DNA from: Octopus vulgaris | Taxonomy: Eukaryota | Length of the DNA: 64,000 nucleotides | Assembly (NCBI GenBank): GCA_951406725.2 | Contig: OX597814.1 | Span: 100,564,001-100,628,000 of the forward strand | Direction of reading: 5' to 3' | Shown here: positions 53,901-64,000 of the stretch, piece by piece | Position numbering within the stretch: position 1 is the first letter of the stretch | How the letters are laid out: every line of letters begins with the position of its first letter | The notes under the pieces: generated by a model | Seen by the model: the letters and a program-made list of their open reading frames with translations, nothing else | Told to the model about the DNA's origin: nothing | Database searches by the model: none | Translations under genes and position numbers: made by a program

Positions 53901-54243
53901 ATGCATGTATGTATGTGTGTATGTATGAGTATATATATCTATTTATCTATCCATCTATAGATAGATGCATATATATACATATATTTATATGTATATGCAT
54001 CTCTCTCTTTCTCTCTCTCTCACTCTCTCTCTCTCTCTTTCTCTCTGTATATATATATACACATATACATATATTATATACATATATACATATACGTATA
54101 TGTATACATATATACATATACATGTATATACATATGCATATATATACATATATATACATGTACATATATATAATATATATATATACACATATATACATGT
54201 ACATATATATGATATATATATATATACATATATATACATGTAC

Positions 54244-54321
<78 letters not shown>

Positions 54322-54354
54322 CATATGCATATATATGCATATATATATATATAT

Positions 54355-54423
<69 letters not shown>

Positions 54424-55009
54424 CAGATAGATAGGAAAAGGTTAAGATTAGTTGATATATCACTATTAACTTAAGCGTATAATCAATGCAGGTAAGGCCA
54501 ATTTCTAAATTTTCTCGGCAGAATAGAATAACCGACGCATAAGTATTGGTAATACCCAGAGGAATGAAAAATAAATTGATCCATGAGGAATTTGAACTTA
54601 GGAGGCATAAAATAAATGCAGGTAAGGTCAATTTGCTAATTTTCATCTCATTATGGAATAACCGGTGCATGAGTATGGATAATGCCTACAGAAATGAAAA
54701 ATATTCCGAACTTTCAGAAATCTCTCTTTGTCCCTAAATATTCACACACAGACACACTCACGCATATGCGTATATAGTTACATACATATATACATACATA
54801 TACACTGATAGTTTCTAGCATTGGCACTTATAAGCTATATTGCACGAAACTGTCGATCCTTGAGTCACACTGTAGCTTCTGCCGATCATTAATTATAAAT
54901 ATTTTTTTACTCGTGTTTTGAGGTCTATTTTCCTGTTCACACCACCAAATCCGTATATGTATATTTGTATGTACTATCTATCTATCTTTCTATCTATCTC
55001 TCATTTCTT

Positions 55010-55408
55010 ATTTCTTATTTCTTTACTGCCCACAAGGAGCTAAACATAGAGTGGACAAACAAGGACAGACAAAGGGATTAAATCGATTAGATCGGCCCCA
55101 GTGCGTACCTGGTACTTAATTTATCAATTAAGGTCGACTTTGCCTTTCATCCTTTCGGGGTCGATTAAATAAGTACCAGTTACGCACTGGGGTCGATATA
55201 ATCGACTTAATCCGCGTGTCTGTCCTTGTTTGTCATCTCTGTGTCTAGCCCCTTGTGGGTAGTAAAGAAATAGGTACTTAATTTATCAACCCCGAAATGA
55301 TGAAAGGCAAAGTCGACCTGGGCTGAATTTGAACTCAGAACGTAACGGCAGACGAAATACTGCTAAGCATTTCGCCCGGCGCGCTAACGTTTCTGCCAGC
55401 TCACCGCC

Positions 55409-55410
<2 letters not shown>
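55010..55410. mobile_element. Family-A SINE (minus) with an antisense family-A insertion (55128-55272) and 17-bp TSD
   Basis: TSD ggtacttaatttatcaa at 55111-55127 and 55273-55289; forms a ~260-bp imperfect palindrome. Confidence 0.85.
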
Positions 55411-55486
<76 letters not shown>

Positions 55487-55739
55487 GTCAGTCTGTCTGT
55501 CTGTTCGTCTCTCTATCTATCAATGTATGTATATGTATGCATGAATGTATGTATGTATGTGTGTGCGTATGTATTGTACACACACATGCATTTATACAAA
55601 CATATATACATACATTAATAGTATAGAATAAAGGAGATATCCTTAAACGGAAGATGTGACCCGAGATATTGCTTGTGATGGTTTTCTGCTAAAGGCATCG
55701 AAGGAGTCATGTGGTGTTATTAAACATGTAAGGCAGCGA

Positions 55740-56740
55740 AATCTGTCTGTTACCCACAGGCAATGGAGGAATTTGAGATGAAACTGCAAGGAGCCGTAGC
55801 CACAGAGGAATTACTGGTAGCCCCAAAATGCGAGTAATGTCTGGATTCGTAAATTGAACATAGCAACACAAAAGCAAGGAAGACAGGAGTTATTATTAGT
55901 AGTTCAATAGCTGGAGATATAAGAAATATGTGTTAGCAGCTGTTCGATAAACCAAAAGTCGTGCTATGCTCGAGTAATGCTTGAACACAGCACGAATGCA
56001 TGTAGAACAGTTGGTTGCTCTTTGGCATCTTGGTCAGGCGCGGCGGACGGCATTACATAGCATGTAGAGTTTATTTCGAACCGGCAGTAATGCTCGATAG
56101 CACTGCAAAGACAGTTATTTCTGGAATATATCAATGCGCCCCGGCCTAAAATACCTCCTGAAAACGTCAGCCAGTTGTTTTGAATCGAGATCCGAAGACG
56201 CTATCACTTTCACCCATCACTAATCATCTGTAAGAACACCGTGATAAAGTATTCACCGACCGTATTGCCCGAGTGGCTGAAGGCTATCAGCCACTGACTG
56301 AATTCTACGCGCCAGACACCCTACTTCGGTCTACGCTTCATCCAGGGCCACAGCTCCGTCAAAGAAATGAATTGCTTAAAACTTGTCTCACAAGCGACAA
56401 CCACAGCTGCTTACCGCCAAGGAAACGCTAGAAATGACGCAGCCTCAGCGCATTACTTTACAATTTTAGCCACTACAGCAAACAGCCCGTCTGAGCTGCG
56501 GAAAACGTCCCCTTCACAGAAACTGGAAGAGAAAGTGCCCCCGATTTATCATCCATGAAGCGGGGACTGGCGCGACGGAGTGACAATGATAGACAACGGA
56601 TATATAGGAAGTTTCCACCTTCACATGAAGTTCCAGATCAAATCGTTTACGGCCAAAATTCGATTGCTTCGATGCAAAACATTTTAGCTCTGTTTAATCT
56701 TTTGGACTTATTAGCTACTGAAATCACTGCCTCCTTTCTT
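55740..56740 (-). mobile_element. Old L1/Tx1-like ORF2 relic
   Basis: GC-richer decayed coding-like sequence with ALRLRHF and LNRAKMF (LN.ELKIL) relics. Confidence 0.4.
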
Positions 56741-56816
56741 ACAGCATTGTTCTAACTCAATTTCGTTCGATACTGCTCTTATGCAATATGCCCATAAATA
56801 AAAAGATTTACCCACC

Positions 56817-57118
56817 ATTACTCTTTTACTTGTTTCAGTCATTTGACTGTGGCCATGCTGGAGCACCGCCTTTAGTCGAGCAAATCGACCTCGGGACTTA
56901 TTCTTTGTAAGCCCAGTACTTATTCTATCGGTCTCTTTTGCCGAACCGCTAAGTGACGGGGACGTAAACACACCAGCATTGGTTGTCAAGCAATGCTAGG
57001 GGAACAAACACAGACACACAAACATATACACACACATATATATATACATATATACGACAGGCTTCTTTCAGTTTCTGTCTACCAAATCCACTCACAAAGC
57101 ATTGGTCGGCCCGGGGCT
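56817..57118 (-). mobile_element. SINE family B, 5'-truncated
   Basis: Colinear with other copies. Confidence 0.85.
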
Positions 57119-57301
57119 GCAAATTTCATAACTTCCCTCTTCATTATTCTTTCTGTTCTCTTGGAAACTTGTGTGGGCTGCCAAATAATTTTTCCACTCG
57201 GCATTCTCCTTCTCCAAGCAATCAACATGAACGTAAACTTATAGAGTAAATTAGCTTTAAATCCGCCTCTGCTTTTTCCACGATCTCTACACTGGTTATA
57301 A

Positions 57302-57637
<336 letters not shown>

Positions 57638-58544
57638 GATTATAATGGCAAGCATTTCCCTTCAAAATTTTGATAATTCTGACAAACCGAAGATTTTGAA
57701 GTCTATAAGGACATAAGTTTGATTGCCACAAGAAATTGGTAACTTTATAATAGTTTCTTCTGTACGCACAGTTAAAGGTGTGTATATATGTGTGTGTGTG
57801 TGTGTGTATGTGCGCGTGTGTGTGTGTACGCGCGCGCACGCATATAGTAGTTTTTATAACAGCTTGGTATATTACCGCAACAGCGAAGTGCCGAGTCGCT
57901 ATATGGTTTCTCAGTTTGCTAGAAATAGCAGTCGAATACCTCACAGATCGTAGCATTCTATCTAGGTGAAAAAAAAGGGGCACATTATATAATGTAATAC
58001 TGGATACAGTCTGGAAATAAAATGATTGAGATGTTCATGACTAAAAATGCTTGAGACGTAAAGAGATGAGATGATGTTATATTCAAGATTCTCCTTGATT
58101 TTCTTACAAGTAAAAACAAAATTTCTAAAGCAGCTTAAATTATGTAAACCTACTGACTGATTTATTGTCTAATTAAACAAACTGAACTTTTACCTCTCCC
58201 TTTGTAACAAACGCTCTTATCTAAGTAAATATATCACTTGCCTTCCCTAAGATATTCGAAATGATAAACTCTAGTGAGAGAGATAGTTATCTGACTACGA
58301 TACCGGTAGGGTATCTTAGTCGTATATAGACATTCGCGCGTCTCTGTACAACGTAAGCAAAGAGACAGACGGACAGATCGACAGACAGACAGAGACAGAG
58401 AGTCAGAGACAGACATAAACAGAGACGGAGAAATGGGAATGGCTGAGACTAGAAAAGACAAAAAAGACAAAAAATATCGCGGAACAAATCTTGCAAGAAG
58501 CAGATATATATAATGTGTATATGTATATATATGCATATGTATGC

Positions 58545-58596
<52 letters not shown>

Positions 58597-58902
58597 ATGT
58601 ATGTGTATTGTAAACGTATTGTATATGTATACATATACGTATATGTATATATATATGTATATATGTGCATATATATGTATATGTATGTATATGTATATAT
58701 AAGATCATCCTGTTAAACAAAAGAATCTTGACTATACAGGTGTGATTGTCACGGTTGGAATATCTGATTGTAGGTTTATTCTCTCTGTTAGACAACTTTG
58801 TCTAACAGAGAGCAAATAACAACCTGCTAGTTTTATACCAAAATACAATTAGCGTTGTAATCGCTATTGTTATTCACATCGTTTAGTTCCAAGTCAATAC
58901 CA

Positions 58903-59665
58903 ATTTCTTTGCTACCCACAAGGGGCTAAACACAGAGAGGACAAACAAAGACAGACGAACGGATTAAGTCGATTATATCGACCCCAGTGCATAACTGGTA
59001 CTTATTTAATCGACCCCGAAAGGATGAAAGGCAAAGTCGACCTCGGCGGAATTTGAACTCGGAACGTAGTGGCAGACGAAATACTGCTAAGCATTTCGCC
59101 CGGCGCGCTAACGATTCTGCCAGAAGTAGGCCTATGATCAAAAGCGATCCGCGTATCATCCCTACATGTTTGTTATTTTCAATTGAAAATCTCCGATGTA
59201 TTTTAAATGTATTGAAGATCAATATTGGTTTCAAAATTTGGCACAAGGCCAGTAATTCCAGGGATGAGTAGCTTGACTACATCGACCCCAGTACTTATTT
59301 TATCGACCCAGAAAGGATGAAAGGCAAAGTTGACCTCAGCGGAATTTGAACTCAGAATATAAAAACAGACGAAATGCCGCTCAACACTTAGCCCGGCACG
59401 CTAACGGTTCTGCCAGCTTGCCGCCTATATACCTATTTCTTTATTAACCACAAGGGATTAAACATATAGGGGACAAACAAGGACAGACATAGGTATTAAG
59501 TCGATTACATCGACCCCAGTGCGTAACTGGTACTTAATTTATCGACCTCGAAAGGATGAAAGGTAAAGTCGACCTCGGCGGAATTTGAACTCAGAACGTA
59601 ACGGCAGACGAAATACGGCGACGCATTTCGCCCGGCGTGCTAACGGTTCTGCCAGCTCGCCGCCT
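58903..59665 (-). mobile_element. Three family-A SINEs
   Basis: Consensus matches; two long-tail copies and one short-tail copy. Confidence 0.85.
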
Positions 59666-60836
59666 TTTAAACTACAAAGATAAACTTGAGATGAATATTC
59701 CGTCTAGTTTCCATGTTAAAATTGTGCACATACCCGGTCCAATGCAAATTATATTTTCAGTCTTCGTTCAGTTTCACAGGATATTCTCTAAAGCAAAAAA
59801 AATAATAATAATAATAAAACGAAAAAAAAAAAACGAAAACTGAAGATAATTCATAAAAAAAAACAACAAACATTACAGATTTCAAAGATGTCAATTATCA
59901 AAAAATAAACACAATTTGAATAATGATAACAAAATGAATTTATCATCATAAATGCAAATTCCGTGAAGTCACAGTATCAAGGTTTGGATACAAAAGCGAC
60001 ATCAGTTCATAGTAATTAGCGTAATTAAGAGGGAATGTATTGAGTGAAGATTTTCTTTTCTCTCTCTTTTTTTTTAGCATTTTTAAATAGCAATTTTTAA
60101 ACATTCTTTTTTATTTCTCATTGTTTTAATTATTTTCGTTTTATTTATAAAATTTTACGCATTATTTTGTAATAATTTTTCACTTTTTTTCTAAACAAAG
60201 TAAATCAATAATTTATAATCACCTACGGCAATTCCTCCTTTTATTTATTTATTTTTTTTATTACCACCAATAAGGAATTTTCTCAGATAAACAAAAGAAT
60301 TCATTAACAATTATTCTTAACGTCTTTTCTAGCGAAAGAAAAAGCACGCACGTATGTGTGGGTGCGTGTGAGTGTGAATGCGTAATGGAGAAGAAATAAA
60401 ATTAAAAGAAAATCTATATACACATACATAAAAATTGTCGGAAAATTGGATAAATTTCAATTCTCAAATGATTAATTAAATCATTTTTAAAAATCTTTAA
60501 GTCTTCGTGCTATCATTTTATTTGGTGGTATTTAAATTAGCATTTAATTTATGAATTTATTTCTCTTGTCGTTGCTATTGTTTATATATAATTATTTATA
60601 ATTTTCTTAACGTCTTTGCTGTTGAATTTGCTAATAAAAGAAAGGGAATCTGCTGCCGCATGTTGTGGAGAAATTAAATTGAGTATGAAGGAAAATACAA
60701 TTAAAAATGCATGGGAATGAATTCATAGAATTAAAAAGTGTTATTCATATACTAGTCTACTTATGTTGTCGAAGTTGTAGGATATAATGCCTAAATATAT
60801 ATGATTGTAGATATTTCCTCCCTCTCCCTTTATATA

Positions 60837-60867
<31 letters not shown>

Positions 60868-61031
60868 GTGCGTTTGCGTGAGTGAGTGTGTGTGTGTAAA
60901 TACGTGTGGATGTGTATGTGCCTATGTGAGTATGTATGCATTATATATATTGCATATTTTTATTCATAAATAACTGAATATATATGTAGATATATGTGTG
61001 TATGTATATATATATATATATCACAGGCACA

Positions 61032-61347
61032 GTATAGGTGCGTGGTAAGAAGCTTGTTTCCTAACCACATGGTTCCGGCTTAAGTTCCGCTGCGTGGCGC
61101 CTTGGGCAAATGTCTCCTATTATAGTGTCAGGCCGACCGAAACCTTGTGAGTGGATTTGGTAGACAGAAACTGAAAGAAGCCCGTTGTATATACATACAT
61201 ACACACACACATACATACATACATACATGCATATATATATATACATATCTTGACTATTGAGTAATGTAACATTATTTTATAGATAAATTTCCTCTATTTA
61301 CATAATATTGAGGTCTCTTTCTTTCTTTTGTTATCTTAGCGTTTTTA

Positions 61348-61423
<76 letters not shown>

Positions 61424-61595
61424 TGTATGTATTTGTGTGTGTGATAATGCTTGTCCCTTCACCATCGCATGTTGGTGTGTTTACGTACCTGTAACTTAAG
61501 GCTTACAAAGAATAAGTCCTAGGGTCAATTTGTTCGACTAAAGGCGATGCTCCAGCATAGCTGCAGTCAAACGACTGAAACAAGTAAATGAATAA
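61032..61595 (+). mobile_element. SINE family B with a short repeat (61248-61351) inserted in its internal microsatellite
   Basis: Head and tail intact; the insert recurs inverted at ~62520-62600. Confidence 0.75.
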
Positions 61596-61625
61596 ATGAA
61601 TATAAATACATAAATACACACGCAG

Positions 61626-61678
<53 letters not shown>

Positions 61679-62426
61679 TACGCATAAATACAGACACACA
61701 GAAACACACATATATCCATGCATACATAATACACAAATATATACATATACACATTCCCTTACTTTATTTCCTGGTAGTCGACTGTGCTCGTCTGTGTAGC
61801 CTTCTCGACATACGCGGTATTTTATGAATGAAGGTGTTCCATACCACTGCTCCCTTTGTATATGTTCTCATCGTGTAGTATAGGTTTACTGGAACTATAA
61901 GACGATTAACGTGGAAGTGCAGTTTTAATATCTATTCCATGCAAAACGATTTGCTTTGTTGTGCAATATTGCAGTCCTGTATTTACTGAAATAAAAAGAC
62001 AGGCATGACTCTAAATAAATCATCTTAGCTGAAAATAAATGCTTTGTACATGGTTAATATGAATTCTTGTTCTATTTTAAATTCCCTCACGATCAAAATC
62101 CTACAAGCAGACTATAGTTGCTGCTCACAGCGAGGTTGTGTTGTAAGAAGCTTGCTTCCCAACCACATGGTTCCGGATTCAGTCCCACTGCATGGTACCT
62201 TGGGCAAGTGTCTTCTACAATAGCCTCAGGCCGACCAAACCCTTGTGAGTGAATTTGGTAGACAGAAACTGAAAGAAGCCCATCGTATATATCGTTAGCG
62301 AATATAACACCGTTTATGTTTTCAAAATAAATTACCCAATGAAATTAAAATTATTGTTCGTCAAACTGGATTATGACAATTCGTAAATAACATGTATCAC
62401 TACAATATTATTCCAGTCTTGATCAT

Positions 62427-62468
62427 AACTGTCCGAGAAACGGAAACGTGAAACTCTGAGTAACAGTT
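62427..62468 (+). ncRNA. Compact type I HHR-like motif (family F)
   Basis: aactgt-CCGAGAA-acg-gaaa-cgt-GAAA-ctc-t-gag-TA-acagtt; 6-bp stem I and GNRA-capped stem II; the core deviates (U4C, G8A). Confidence 0.65.
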
Positions 62469-62614
62469 TTTCGTGAGGTTTTTGCAGCTTTAATAAAGAA
62501 ATATATATATATAAATAGTAATGGTAAGACAACAAAAGAAAGAAAGAGACCTCGATATTATGTAAATAGAGGAATTTATCTGTAAATGTAATAATTGTCA
62601 CATATTACATTTAC

Positions 62615-62670
<56 letters not shown>

Positions 62671-62870
62671 CGGGGGATGACCACTACGGGACAGCCTTTA
62701 TGCTAGAAGTAGATCCGCTATGGTCATACAACTGAGAAAAGAATATGTTCTCAAGAAAATTTAGCAAACGCCAGAACGTAAGCGAGCAAGGCAAATGAAA
62801 AGAAACAAAAATATAGATTAATCATAGACATGTTTCGCTGTCAACAGTTACGCAATTTTTGTAATTTCTA

Positions 62871-63712
62871 GGAAGTCGAGTGAACATGTGTAAGCTACTG
62901 TGTTGACTCACTTGGATGTAATGTAAAACTAGGATCGTTTTTTTAAGATTTTTTTGGGGAGGACAAAAGTCAAGTTGATGGAACAAACATTACTCGTAAG
63001 CATTTCTGATTCAACTGTTTCAGAAAAATGATTCAGGTCATTAGTGTTTGTAAGTCTAGTACTTACTCTACATATTATATATGTGTCTGTGTTTGTCCCC
63101 CACCATCACTTGACAGCAGATGTCAGTGTGTTTACGTCCCTGTAACTTACCAGTTCGGCAAAAGAGACCAGTAGAATAAGTACTAGATTTACAAAGAATA
63201 AGTCCTGGAATCGATTTCTTCGACTAAAGGCCGAGCTCCGGCTTGGCCGCGGTCAAGTAACTGAAACAAGTAAAAGAGTAGTAGAATATAAAGTACTGCT
63301 TCTTTATTCATTATAATCCCAAGTTCTTGCTCAAACTGACATGTATCACAATTACCGATCTTGTATAGAAAGGACAGCAAAATATTTATTTGAAAGAGGA
63401 ACGTGTGAAAATATATATTCACTTAACATGTAGTTTTTAATCAGATCAGCTGTTCATAAATACTATAGTTTTGTAGAGATTTTTAATCTTCGATATATTG
63501 TGGTAGCATTAGAATGTTTTGTTCTTTTTTTACAAACACTAATGACCTGAATCATTTTTCTGAAAAAACTTGAATCAGAAATGTTTACGAGTAACGTTTG
63601 TTCCATCAACTTGACTTTTGTCCTCTAAAAAACATTTTACAAATACGATCCTAGTTTTACATTACGTCCAAGTGAGTCAACACAGTGGCTTACACATGTT
63701 CACTCGACTTCC
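62871..63712. mobile_element. Foldback MITE with ~183-bp TIRs and TA TSD, containing a family-B SINE 3' fragment (63075-63280)
   Basis: 62871-63053 is the inverted copy of ~63530-63712; flanks tcTA|ggaagtcgag...ctcgacttcc|TAga. Confidence 0.85.
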
Positions 63713-64000
63713 TAGATTTAGCGGCAAAACCTTGCTCACATCACATCATGCGATTTTAGACATACGAAAACTCATCAACTAATGCAATCATAGATACACT
63801 ATGGTTGAAAAAATATGAGTTCACTTTTGAGTTGCTTTTAATTAAATGTCCATTCGACGAGGGCTGCCAGCCACAATGGCTATTAATCTCTTTTGGTCTG
63901 TATGGCGAACATTTGAAACATTTATATCCATCCATCCCTCCATCCCTCCATCCTGCTTGCCACCATCTATGCATCTACATATGCATACATATATATAGAC

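Noticed and set aside
58230-58510. Possible Helentron/DINE-like element with hairpin gactacgatacc..ggtatcttagtc
   Set aside because: The hairpin is real, but termini and subterminal inverted repeats could not be established.

Overview
AT-rich, intergenic or intronic animal DNA. The SINE and LINE repertoire and the extreme microsatellite load look like a cephalopod (Octopus-like), which is an inference. I found no convincing host gene, rRNA, true tRNA or CRISPR array, and most listed ORFs are translations of microsatellites. The window is a mosaic of mobile elements. There are two young Penelope-like elements (PLEs): a 5'-truncated Naiad-type element (RT plus GIY-YIG) with a ~500-bp inverted pseudo-LTR at 15452-17940, and a 5.76-kb Neptune-type element with near-identical direct pLTRs at 40481-46241 whose ORF stops after the RT thumb, has no endonuclease, and is followed by ~2.8 kb of degenerate CA-rich cargo. 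Many short hammerhead-ribozyme (HHR)-bearing elements sit in (TA)n, and one composite joins a tRNA-derived head to an HHR tail. Also present are R4/Dong fragments in (TAA)n, L1/Tx1 and RTE relics, mariner and maT transposons, a Helitron, Merlin, hAT and foldback MITEs, and at least four tRNA-SINE families. All family assignments come from motif recognition by eye, not database searches.
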